From Alphaproteobacteria bacterium (lineage in GTDB: Bacteria; Pseudomonadota; Alphaproteobacteria; Sphingomonadales; Sphingomonadaceae): a stretch of DNA of 64,000 bases. The notes below the pieces were generated by a model that saw only the letters and a program-made list of their open reading frames with translations, searched no databases and was not told where the DNA came from. The translations under genes were made by a program, and so were the position numbers. Shown in pieces: positions 9,963 to 18,646 of the stretch; within the stretch, counting starts at the first letter, position 1; each line of letters begins with the position of its first letter. The stretch spans positions 757 to 64,756 of the forward strand of contig QBLU01000012.1 of assembly GCA_003241875.1 (NCBI GenBank), given 5' to 3'.

Positions 9963-10484
9963 ATGGCACGCGGTGTGAAGTTCTGGCACGGCGACATGGT
10001 CGCCAACACGGTGTTCCCGCTCGAAAACAACTACAGCCAGGCCAACAAGGCCGACCAGGGCATCTGCACGGCCGCGGCGCTGGCCTGGTGTCGCGCCTCG
10101 CTGAAGCTCGGCCGCTTCGTGAACAGCTGGGCGGAGATCGGCACCACCGTCCACAACCTCAACATCGTCATGGCAACGCTGCGGCATCTCGATGCCAATC
10201 CGGTGGCGCAATGCGAGCTTGCCGGGGTCCGGGCGCTGGGGGGTGATCGCACCTGCGCCGGCATCGAGGAGGCGATGACCAACATCAAGCCGTCCGAATA
10301 CGGGATCGGCCTGTTCTGGAACAGCTATCACACGATGGCGTTCGGCTACAGCCACCTGCAGAAGGACTTTTTCGACATGAACTATGGGCTGTTCAGGTCG
10401 AAATACACCGCCGGCATCAAGGCCAAGGTGCAGGAACTCTATGGCGACGACATCATCGGCTACCGCCTCATCGGCAAGCTGTAG
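9963..10484 (+). CDS. Small stand-alone YopT/AvrPphB-like (peptidase C58) papain-fold cysteine protease
   Basis: Predicted triad C35 (QGICTAAALAW), H123 (YHTMAF), D138 (FFDMNYGLF); His-Asp spacing of 15 and the FFDxNxG motif match the C58 signature. Confidence 0.72.
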   Translation: MARGVKFWHGDMVANTVFPLENNYSQANKADQGICTAAALAWCRASLKLGRFVNSWAEIGTTVHNLNIVMATLRHLDANPVAQCELAGVRALGGDRTCAGIEEAMTNIKPSEYGIGLFWNSYHTMAFGYSHLQKDFFDMNYGLFRSKYTAGIKAKVQELYGDDIIGYRLIGKL

Positions 10485-10519
10485 CGCCGCCGGGCGTCTG
10501 CCGCCGGCGGCGCGACGCC

Positions 10520-12469
10520 CTACAGCTGCATCGCCTCCAGGCTGTCGAGCGGAATGAAACGCGGGGCCGCGGGCTCGGCGCCTTCCTGCGGGCGGAACAG
10601 CGGGTCGGCGGCGGCATAGGCCGAAAAATCATGGCCGGTGGCATCGGCGAGGTCGGTCACCGCGATCTGGAAGGTGCGATATTCGCCGAGCACGATGCCC
10701 TCCATCGCCTCGGTGCGGCTGCGGCGTTCAAGCAGGTCGCGGATCAGCTGGCCCTGGCTGAGCAGATAGGCGGTGGCGCGCAATCTGGTGCCGGTCTCGT
10801 CGAGCGTCGCCACCAGCTTCCAGTATTCGAGCGGCACGGTGGCGCCGTCGATGACCGGGTCGTCGGGGCCCAGGATCGGCCCGGTGAACACCGAGGCGAG
10901 GAAGCCGCCGGTGCGGGCATTGTCGAGGATGTAGTTTTCCAGCCCCTGCCACAGCAGCTTGCCCTGGTTGAGCTGCGAATGCTGCGGCGCGGCGTTGACG
11001 TAATGGAAGGTGTCGTCGTTGGCGAGCTGCGCCGATCCGCCCCAATTGGGGTCCTCGCGGCGCACCAGATGGCCGCGGTCGATCTCGGCATCGGCAAAGT
11101 TGGTCGACCCGAGCTGGATGGCGGCGGGGATGCGCAGGTCGGCGAACCACTTGTCGCGGCCGCGCTTGATGCGCACCGTCTTCTGGCCGTCGATGTTGAC
11201 CGCGGTCATCAGCGGCACCTTGGCTTCGGCGGAATATTTGACGCCGAAATGGGTGTAGCGCAGCTCGCCCGGCTCCTTGGGCTTGTCGGACGGCCTGGCA
11301 AGGCCGGTGGCGAGCGCCGGCGCCAGTTTTGGCCACGGCGTCGCGACCTTGCCCTTGCCGAGGAACTTGGTTGCAAAGCCCTTGCGGCCTTTGAAGAAAT
11401 CGGCGGCATGGCTGCCGTCGGCGAGGCTTTCGGTGGTCGCTTCAGCGCGGGCGCCACCGCCCGGCACCGCGACCGCCCTGCCCTTGAGCAACGCCTTCAG
11501 CGTCTCGACGCCGACGGCGCTGTTACCCTGGCCGAAGACGCCGGCGAAATGCAGGCCGACGACCTTGCCCGATTCCAGGCTGATCAGCGGCGATCCCGAA
11601 TTGCCGCCGAGGCTCGTGCAATCGTGCATCAGCAGCGTCTGGCCGGTCAGCGCCTGGGTGACGCGGCCCGGCGCCAGGCGCTTCACGTCATACAGGTCGC
11701 GGAAATATTTCTCCTGGGCGCCGGGATCGTTGCGGGAGTCGCGCGCCGGATAGCCGATCAGCGTCACCAGCTCGTCGAAGCCTGCTTCCTTGTCGGCGAG
11801 CGGCAGCGGCGACGGCTTGACCGGCGCGGTCGTCGCGACGCGCAGCAGCGCGCAATCGGCGGCGAGGTCGTCGGCGAGATATTCGATGGCGACGATCTGC
11901 ACGGTGTGGCTGGCACTGCCGCCGCTGCTGCCGTCTTCCTCGCGGAAATCGATGGCGATGCCTTGCCGGGCGCCGCCGGGGCTGCGCAGGAACACGCCGC
12001 TGCCGTTGGCGGCGCGCTGCGCGACCAGCTTGGCGACGTGGCGATTGGTGATGATGATGTCGCCGGTGGCGCGGCGATCGACGACCCAGCCGGTGCCGCC
12101 CCAGCGCATCGTCGAATTGACGAATTCGACGCGGCCGACCGACGGGATGTATTTCTGCACGCCGATGATCTTGGCATCGGCGCCGGGCAGGTCGGGCAGC
12201 GGCTCGAGCACGACCTGGTCGTTGCGGATCAGCAGCGGCGGCCGCCCGGTCAGCCGCACGATGGCTTCCAGCGCCGGCAGCGGCAGCAGGCTTTCGAGCT
12301 CGGCGGCGTCGCGTCCGGTGGTCGTCTCGATCTCGACCGGCAGCTCGGCGGCGACGGCGGGCGGCACGTTGCCGGCGGCGAGCCGGGCATTCACCGCCTC
12401 CACCATCTTGGGGGTCAACAGCCCGCGCAGGGTTTCGCGGCGTTCGGTGGTGTCGGCGGCGTCAGACAT
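10520..12469 (-). CDS. Trypsin-like serine protease fused to DNA/RNA non-specific (EndoG/NucA-type) endonuclease
   Basis: Protease triad ITNRHVA / ADCALL / GGNSGSP; nuclease DRGHLVRR...ANDDTFHYVNAAPQH..LNQG..WQGLE. Start at ATG 12469 with AGGAG RBS, overlapping the upstream stop; 649 aa. Confidence 0.9.
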   Translation of the reverse strand: MSDAADTTERRETLRGLLTPKMVEAVNARLAAGNVPPAVAAELPVEIETTTGRDAAELESLLPLPALEAIVRLTGRPPLLIRNDQVVLEPLPDLPGADAKIIGVQKYIPSVGRVEFVNSTMRWGGTGWVVDRRATGDIIITNRHVAKLVAQRAANGSGVFLRSPGGARQGIAIDFREEDGSSGGSASHTVQIVAIEYLADDLAADCALLRVATTAPVKPSPLPLADKEAGFDELVTLIGYPARDSRNDPGAQEKYFRDLYDVKRLAPGRVTQALTGQTLLMHDCTSLGGNSGSPLISLESGKVVGLHFAGVFGQGNSAVGVETLKALLKGRAVAVPGGGARAEATTESLADGSHAADFFKGRKGFATKFLGKGKVATPWPKLAPALATGLARPSDKPKEPGELRYTHFGVKYSAEAKVPLMTAVNIDGQKTVRIKRGRDKWFADLRIPAAIQLGSTNFADAEIDRGHLVRREDPNWGGSAQLANDDTFHYVNAAPQHSQLNQGKLLWQGLENYILDNARTGGFLASVFTGPILGPDDPVIDGATVPLEYWKLVATLDETGTRLRATAYLLSQGQLIRDLLERRSRTEAMEGIVLGEYRTFQIAVTDLADATGHDFSAYAAADPLFRPQEGAEPAAPRFIPLDSLEAMQL

Positions 12470-15400
12470 GGGACGTGACTCCTGTGAGGATGGCGAGCGG
12501 GGGGACAAAGGCCGAGGGAATGTCGTGGTCGAGCAGGGCGCCGGCGCGGGCGAGCGGGTCGGGCAGGGCGGCGACGATGCCGAGCACCCGGGTGTGGCGG
12601 CGTTGCAGCCGGGACAGCAGCCCGGGGCCGTCGCCGGCGGGATCCCACAGCGCCAGCTGCCGCATCGCCCAGTCGGCGGGATCGTCGAAATCGGCGAGTT
12701 TCTGGACGCGGCGCCGGATGATGCTGTCGGCGCCGCCGCCGCGCCCGTCCCCGCCCACATCCGGGCCGAGCCAGCCCGGCGGCGGCGTGTCGTACGACCA
12801 GCGGCCGGCGACGGTGCGGCGCCAGCGTTCGGCGGCGGCGGCGAGGGTGCCGAGATCGGGGTCGCGGTGGCGCCAGGCCTCGGCGCCGGCCCATTCGGCG
12901 AACAGGCCGAGCCCGGCGATGCCGGCGATGGGGTTGCCGGCGACCGGGCCGAGCCCGAGCGGCGAGCCCGAAAACAGCCCGCCGGCCTGGGCGAGCCGGG
13001 CGTCGGCGGCGCGCGCCGCGTCGATCAGCCGGTCGTTGCCGCGCAGCACGGCGAGGTTGGCGGCGATGATCGGATAGGGCGACAGCGCCACCAGCATCTG
13101 CGGGTCGTTCCATTCGATCGCCGCCGCGGATACCAGCCCGCGCGCGCCGAGCCGTTCGCGCACGACGCCAAAGGCATGGGCGGTCGCCGGCGCCTGGCTG
13201 CGGCGGCCGTCGGGCGCGGCGATCCAGGTGTCGAGCGCGGCCGCCACCGCGTCGCCGTCCTTCGACGACCACAGCGGCTCCTGGCGATGGCCATTAGCGG
13301 CGAGCACAAAGGCCAGCGCCCCCTGGCGGGCAAGCGGCCCGGCGTTGCGCATCGCCTCGGCGATCAGCCGGTCGATGCCAGGCAGGGCGAACATGCGCAG
13401 CAGCCGCGGCCGGGTGAATTCGGACCGGATCTCCAGCCGGGCGATGGCGAGCTGCAACGGGAGGCCGAAGACTTCGCCATCGTCGCGGACCAGCCGGTCA
13501 CGCTCGGCGAACATGCGCCGGGCGCGGTGCCAGCGGCCCGAGCGCCAGTAGAAGGCGCGGATGGCCATCGCCGCCGGCTGGCGCGGATCGAGGCCGCCGG
13601 CGGCCGCCATCTGGTCGACGACGAACTGGCCCTCGGCCCAATCCTCGCGGTCGATGAGGGTGAGGACCTCGGCCGCCAGCGCGGCGTCGTCGACCGTTGG
13701 TGCGGCGGCTTCGAGGACGCTGTCGCCGCCCTTGCGCAGCTTCGACGACCGGCGCCCGGCGGCGCCGGCAACGAGATCCTGCGCCACCGGCGGCAGCTCG
13801 GCGAGCATTGCCGGCTCGAACTGCTGCGCCACTGCGGTGGGGATCGCCGGGCGGGCCGGGCGAAAGCGCATCAGCTGTAGCCGGTGATAGGCGGCATCGA
13901 CGTCGGAGCGGGGGTCGCTTTGCCGCGCGAACCAGGCGGCGGCGGCGGCATCGACCCTTTCGCACAGCCTCGGCTGGTCGCGGTAGAGCAGGGGCAGCAG
14001 GATGGCGCGCATGTCGCTGCGATGGATGACGAAATCGCGGGCGACGGGATCGCGCTGGACGAGCCACAACTGGCCCGCCAGCGCGTTGAACAGCGCTTCG
14101 GCCCGGCCCGCGGCGAGGCGCGGCATGCCGAGCGCCGGCGCCAGCACATCGCCGAGGAAGCCGGCGCTGATCCGGCGTGCGAGCAGGCCGGGGTGGGCGA
14201 GCCGGCGCAATTCGGGGTCGTCGATCCGCGACAGCAGGATGCGGTAGAGGAACGCCGCCGCCACATCCTTGTCGATCGCGCCCTGCGGCAGTTCGCCGAC
14301 GCCATGGTCGCGGACCACGGTGGCGGCGAGGCGCAGCACCAGCGGGTTGCCGTCGGCGAGGTTGGCGATGGTCGCATGCGCCGCCGCCGGCACCTCGAGC
14401 CGGGTCAGCAACGCCTCGGTCGCCGGCGCATCGAGGCCGTCGAGCGGCACCGCCAGCCCGACCCGGCCGGGAGCGCTGTCGAGCGCGGCGCCGCGACCGG
14501 CGGCGAGCACGGCGAGCGGCCGCAGCCCGGCCGACAGCAGCGTGTCGAGCCAGCGGAACAGCCGCTCGGGATGTTCCTCGCCGCGGGCGCGCAGCACTTC
14601 GACGGTGTCGAGCACCAGCAGCACCGGCCGCCCGGAGGCGCGCACCGCGTCGCCGATCGCCGCGGCGAATTCGGGCGGCACGCTGCCGCGGCTGCTGTTG
14701 CCATAGCTTTCCTCGCCGCGGGTGACGCTGGCGGCGCGCAGCCGGGCGTCGAGCACCGGCTTGCCGGCGTCGCCGAGCCGGTCGGCGACCTGGCGCGCCA
14801 GCTCCATCGTCAGCCCGAGCAGGTCGTTGACGTCGAGGCCGGCACGGTCGAAATCGAGCCGCACGACGATGCACCCGTTGGCATCGGCGACGCTCGCATT
14901 TCCGGCTTCCGCAACACCGGCATCGCCGACGCGGCCGGTGACTTCCTCCAGCAGCGTCGATTTGCCGATGCCGGGGTTGCCGGCGATGTAGGCGGCGCGC
15001 ACCGGCAGCGCGACGAGCGGCTTTTCGAGCCAGGCGATCAGCGCCGCCGTCTCGCCTTCGCGCCCGAAGAAACCGCGCGCCTCGAATCCGCGGCGCCGCG
15101 CCTGGCGGTCATGGCGGGAGAGCGCCTGGCGGGCGTCGACGAGGCGGGCGCCGGCGGGGGCCGGCGGGCCGGCGCGGTCGAGCGCGGCGACGATGCGCTC
15201 GATGAGCGGGCGATCGGGCGTCGGCGCCGCGAGCGCCTGGGCGATGGCCGCGTCGGTGAAGGCGCCGTCCCCGGCCAGCGCCGCCAGCAGGTCGGCGGCG
15301 GGCAGGTCGGGGTCCTGGCTGCGGCGCTCGGCAACGGCGGCGAGCAGCTCGGCGCGGGTCGTCAGCTGCCGGTCGAGCACGAAGCGCCGTTCGCCGCTGC

Positions 15401-15611
15401 GGATCAGCCAGCGGGTGCCCCGGGGGCTGCCGGTGTCGAGATCGGTGTCGCAGGCGGCGGCGAGCGCCGAGGCGACCTGGGTGGTCAACCCCGCCCCACT
15501 GACAGCAGCCGCACGCAGCGCGGCGATCGGCTCGAACGGGCCGGACAGCGCCGCATAGCGTTTGGCGCGGATGACATAGGGGACGACATCTGGATCGAGC
15601 GGGCCGCTCAT
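12462..15611 (-). CDS. STAND-class (AAA_16-like) P-loop NTPase, 1049 aa
   Basis: GFFGREGE pre-Walker motif; Walker A GNPGIGKS; Walker B LLVLDTVEVL; GNPLVLRLAA (GxP); helical, partly TPR-like C-terminal region. Start at ATG 15611 in an ATGA overlap with the upstream stop. Confidence 0.85.
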   Translation of the reverse strand: MSGPLDPDVVPYVIRAKRYAALSGPFEPIAALRAAAVSGAGLTTQVASALAAACDTDLDTGSPRGTRWLIRSGERRFVLDRQLTTRAELLAAVAERRSQDPDLPAADLLAALAGDGAFTDAAIAQALAAPTPDRPLIERIVAALDRAGPPAPAGARLVDARQALSRHDRQARRRGFEARGFFGREGETAALIAWLEKPLVALPVRAAYIAGNPGIGKSTLLEEVTGRVGDAGVAEAGNASVADANGCIVVRLDFDRAGLDVNDLLGLTMELARQVADRLGDAGKPVLDARLRAASVTRGEESYGNSSRGSVPPEFAAAIGDAVRASGRPVLLVLDTVEVLRARGEEHPERLFRWLDTLLSAGLRPLAVLAAGRGAALDSAPGRVGLAVPLDGLDAPATEALLTRLEVPAAAHATIANLADGNPLVLRLAATVVRDHGVGELPQGAIDKDVAAAFLYRILLSRIDDPELRRLAHPGLLARRISAGFLGDVLAPALGMPRLAAGRAEALFNALAGQLWLVQRDPVARDFVIHRSDMRAILLPLLYRDQPRLCERVDAAAAAWFARQSDPRSDVDAAYHRLQLMRFRPARPAIPTAVAQQFEPAMLAELPPVAQDLVAGAAGRRSSKLRKGGDSVLEAAAPTVDDAALAAEVLTLIDREDWAEGQFVVDQMAAAGGLDPRQPAAMAIRAFYWRSGRWHRARRMFAERDRLVRDDGEVFGLPLQLAIARLEIRSEFTRPRLLRMFALPGIDRLIAEAMRNAGPLARQGALAFVLAANGHRQEPLWSSKDGDAVAAALDTWIAAPDGRRSQAPATAHAFGVVRERLGARGLVSAAAIEWNDPQMLVALSPYPIIAANLAVLRGNDRLIDAARAADARLAQAGGLFSGSPLGLGPVAGNPIAGIAGLGLFAEWAGAEAWRHRDPDLGTLAAAAERWRRTVAGRWSYDTPPPGWLGPDVGGDGRGGGADSIIRRRVQKLADFDDPADWAMRQLALWDPAGDGPGLLSRLQRRHTRVLGIVAALPDPLARAGALLDHDIPSAFVPPLAILTGVTSHV

Positions 15612-17380
15612 ATGACGGCCTTGAACATGGCGCGGACGGCCGGGCGCAGGCGCTCGGCGACCTGGCGGGCGGCCCAGGGGCTGTAGATGCCGTTGACTTC
15701 GTCGAGGCCGGCGAGGCCCATCTGCACCAGCTCGGCGACGCGTTCGGCCGAGGGCGACTTGCCCGCCGCCGCCGCCGCATCGGCGAGGAACAGCCGCACG
15801 TCGCTTTCGCCGAAGCCGGTGACATAGTCGGTCATCAGGCCGGGCGCGCCGATGTCGGGCGGGTTGGGCGGCGTCTGGAATTCGAGGCCGGGGATGGCCA
15901 CCGCCTCGAAGCCGGCGACGACGAGGCGCAAATTGGGCAGTTTCAGCGCCTGGTCGATGAAGCCTTCGAGTTCGGCGCGCATGGCATCGCCAAAGGCGAT
16001 CGCCGGATGGTCGATGAACAGCCAGAGCTGGCGGCCGACCGCGGCGGCCGTGGCGTCGAGCGCGGCGGCGGCGCGGCGGCCGCGATCGGCGCCGACGGCT
16101 TCGGGTGCGCTCTGTCCGGCGGCGACGCCCGGGCGATCCTCGATGGCGGCGCATTCGAAGCCGACCGCGGCGGCGCGGCGCAGGATGTCGTTGGCCAGGT
16201 CGGGGATCAGCGTTTCGAAGCTGATGCGGCACTGCCGCGTGTCGGGGCTGCGCGCCGTCATGCGGTCGAGCATGGCGAAGGAAAAGGCGAGGCCGGCGAG
16301 ATTGCCCGCCGCATCGGCGCGCTTGACGCGGATGCCGCGCACCCGGCCGTTGCCGCGGGCCAGCGCAAAGGCCTCGAAAAACGACTGGCGGCCGATGACG
16401 AACTCGCCATCGGGGGTGCCGTCGAGCGACCACATCCGCGGCGGTGCCAGGTCGGTGGTAACGACCGGCAGGATCCTGTCGTAGAATTTCGCCGTCGGCA
16501 CCAGCCGCCCGCCGTCGCGCCAGCCCTTGCCCTGGTGGATGCCGGCAAGGGTCAGCGTCGCATCGAAGCAGCCGCCGCCCGACGAGCCGCCACGGGTTTC
16601 GACGCTGTGGCCCCAGCGGCTGGTCAGGCGCGGGATCTTGGCCAGGCTGCCGATGCCGATGCCCTTGTCCTCGCCGTCGGGATAATGGACGACGATGACG
16701 GCGGCGCGGCGGCTGTAGGCGCCGGGTTTTGTCGGCAGCGGTGCCGATCCCATCAGCGCGCCGGCGGGGCGGGCGAGCCGGATGATGGCATAGTCGTTGT
16801 TGTCGCCGAACAGCGTGTCGTCGCGCGGCAGCCGGCTGGCGGCCTCGTCGGCGGTGGTCGGCGAGGCGACCAGCGGCGGCATCACCGCGTCGATCGAGCG
16901 GCCGTCGGACAGCAGCACGGTGACCTTAGACCAGGGTTCGGCGACCATCGTCGGGGTCGCGGCGAGGACATGGAAGGCGGTCAGCACCGTCGTCGGGCCG
17001 ACCAGCACGCCCGATCCCATGACGACGCCGTCGCGCAGGATGCGGCAGCGAAAGGCGGCGGCGCGGGCGAGGAAGGCGGCGGCCTTGACCGGATCGAGGT
17101 TCGATGCGGCGAGGTCCACCGCGCCGAACGCGGCGCCGCCGAAATCGATGGCGACACCGCGCACGCTGAGCGCCCGGGCAAAGGAATCGACGAGGTTGCG
17201 GCCCTGCAGCTGTTCGACCCAGAAGTCGCCGGGCGGCCGCCCGAACATCTGTGCCGCCGCGGTCAGCCCCGCCGCCTCCAGCCGCGGCCCGGTCGCATCG
17301 AGCATGACGGCGCCGAGCGCATCGGCGGCGACATCGGGGTGCGAATCGATCGCCGCGGCAATGTCGGCGGCCTCCCACAT
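15608..17380 (-). CDS. Trypsin-like serine protease with N-terminal helical domain and C-terminal degenerate (inactive) STAND-like domain
   Basis: GSGVLVG..VLTAFHV / NDYAIIRL / GGSSGGGCF triad intact. The C-terminal FVIGRQSF...LWLFIDHP follows STAND topology but has no GK[ST] Walker A. Confidence 0.78.
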   Translation of the reverse strand: MWEAADIAAAIDSHPDVAADALGAVMLDATGPRLEAAGLTAAAQMFGRPPGDFWVEQLQGRNLVDSFARALSVRGVAIDFGGAAFGAVDLAASNLDPVKAAAFLARAAAFRCRILRDGVVMGSGVLVGPTTVLTAFHVLAATPTMVAEPWSKVTVLLSDGRSIDAVMPPLVASPTTADEAASRLPRDDTLFGDNNDYAIIRLARPAGALMGSAPLPTKPGAYSRRAAVIVVHYPDGEDKGIGIGSLAKIPRLTSRWGHSVETRGGSSGGGCFDATLTLAGIHQGKGWRDGGRLVPTAKFYDRILPVVTTDLAPPRMWSLDGTPDGEFVIGRQSFFEAFALARGNGRVRGIRVKRADAAGNLAGLAFSFAMLDRMTARSPDTRQCRISFETLIPDLANDILRRAAAVGFECAAIEDRPGVAAGQSAPEAVGADRGRRAAAALDATAAAVGRQLWLFIDHPAIAFGDAMRAELEGFIDQALKLPNLRLVVAGFEAVAIPGLEFQTPPNPPDIGAPGLMTDYVTGFGESDVRLFLADAAAAAGKSPSAERVAELVQMGLAGLDEVNGIYSPWAARQVAERLRPAVRAMFKAVI

Positions 17381-17386
17381 CGCCGG

Positions 17387-18628
17387 TCAGGCATTCCAAG
17401 CCAGCGGGAATCGTTCGGGAACGCCGCTGCGCAATTCGACCGGCGCGGTGGGATGCAGGCCGGGCAGCAGCAGCAGTTGCCGGACGATCTCGCCGAGCAT
17501 CGGCCGGGCGATGGCGCGGCCGAGGCATTCGTGGATGCCCTGGCCGAAGGTGAAATTGTCGCCCTGCGCGCGGTGCGGGTCGAAACGGGTCGGATCGGGG
17601 AAGCTCGCCGGGTCGGACATGGCGCTGTGGGTCATCGCCAGCACGGTGGTGCCGGGCGGGATCATCTGCGCGTGCGGCGTACCGCCGGCGACCTGGGTGG
17701 CGCGGTGGCAGGTGCGGAAGAAATAGGGGAAGGCCGGGCGGAAGCGCAGCGCCTCCAGCGCGACGCCGTCGATGGCTTCGGGCGGGGCGGTGCGGGCGAG
17801 GTGCTGCGCCTCGGCGAGGGCTTCGGGGCGCGAGAACAGCTCCGCCATGACATTGTTGACGCAGTGGTTGGTCGTCTCGACGGCACCGATCAGCAGCCCG
17901 CCGGCGTTGAACAGCACCTTCTTGACGCCGAACTTGACGCCATCGGAAAAGGAAATCTGCAGCAGCCGCGTGATCGGATCGTCACCGCCGAGCCCCAGCT
18001 TCACCGCGATCGAGCGGCGCAGCACCAGCCGGCCGATGAACAGGCCAAGCCGGATGCTGCTGCGTTCGCGCCCGGCGGTGATCTCCGCCGATCGTGCCGC
18101 GCTCTGGCCGTCGAACGGCTGGTTGTGGAAGGCGTCCTGCTGGTTCCAGTAGGACCATTCGATAAGGTCGGCGGGGTCCTGGCCGTCGAGGCCGAAGAAC
18201 TGCTGCACCATGTCGACCGGCACCTGGCGGCTGAGCGCGGCGGGCACGTCGATCTGGCCGTTGGCCGCCATCAGCAGATTGGCGGTGCGATCGGCGACCC
18301 AGCTGCGGATTTCGGGAATCTGCTCGAAATCGAGCACCGCCTTCATGATCGATTTTTCGCGCCAGTGGTTGGCGGTATCGTCCTGCGCCATGAAGTAATC
18401 GCCCTGCTTGGGCTTGTAGAGATCGACGCCGAAATCGGCGTGGCGGCGCAGCACCAGGGCGCAATCGGCGTGGCGGAAGACCAGGGTCAGCTCGGGCAGC
18501 ACGATCACCGGCCGCTGTTCGCGGACCTCGGCAAAGAACGGGTGGGGTTCCTGCCGCATCCAGCCGCGCACCAGCGGCCAGCGTTGGGCCGCCGGCGTGG
18601 CGTCGAGCCGTTCGAGATAGCCTGTCAT
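17387..18628 (-). CDS. Cytochrome P450
   Basis: I-helix GLLIGAVETT; ExxR (EALR); FDPHR; heme motif FGQGIHECLG. Confidence 0.93.
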   Translation of the reverse strand: MTGYLERLDATPAAQRWPLVRGWMRQEPHPFFAEVREQRPVIVLPELTLVFRHADCALVLRRHADFGVDLYKPKQGDYFMAQDDTANHWREKSIMKAVLDFEQIPEIRSWVADRTANLLMAANGQIDVPAALSRQVPVDMVQQFFGLDGQDPADLIEWSYWNQQDAFHNQPFDGQSAARSAEITAGRERSSIRLGLFIGRLVLRRSIAVKLGLGGDDPITRLLQISFSDGVKFGVKKVLFNAGGLLIGAVETTNHCVNNVMAELFSRPEALAEAQHLARTAPPEAIDGVALEALRFRPAFPYFFRTCHRATQVAGGTPHAQMIPPGTTVLAMTHSAMSDPASFPDPTRFDPHRAQGDNFTFGQGIHECLGRAIARPMLGEIVRQLLLLPGLHPTAPVELRSGVPERFPLAWNA

Positions 18629-18646
18629 GTCCTGCCCCCGCAGCGT

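Noticed and set aside
12462-16433. Track starts for the STAND (16433), trypsin-nuclease (12760), DUF885 (22814) and yghU (35560) ORFs
   Set aside because: The upstream extensions are low-complexity read-through into neighbouring genes; RBS and ATGA-overlap evidence supports the shorter starts used.
10520-17380. Calling the operon a canonical AVAST type 1 (Avs1) system
   Set aside because: No MBL-fold nuclease gene, no long TPR array visible, and it has an extra trypsin-EndoG fusion plus heme enzymes; only the general STAND-plus-trypsin logic is shared.
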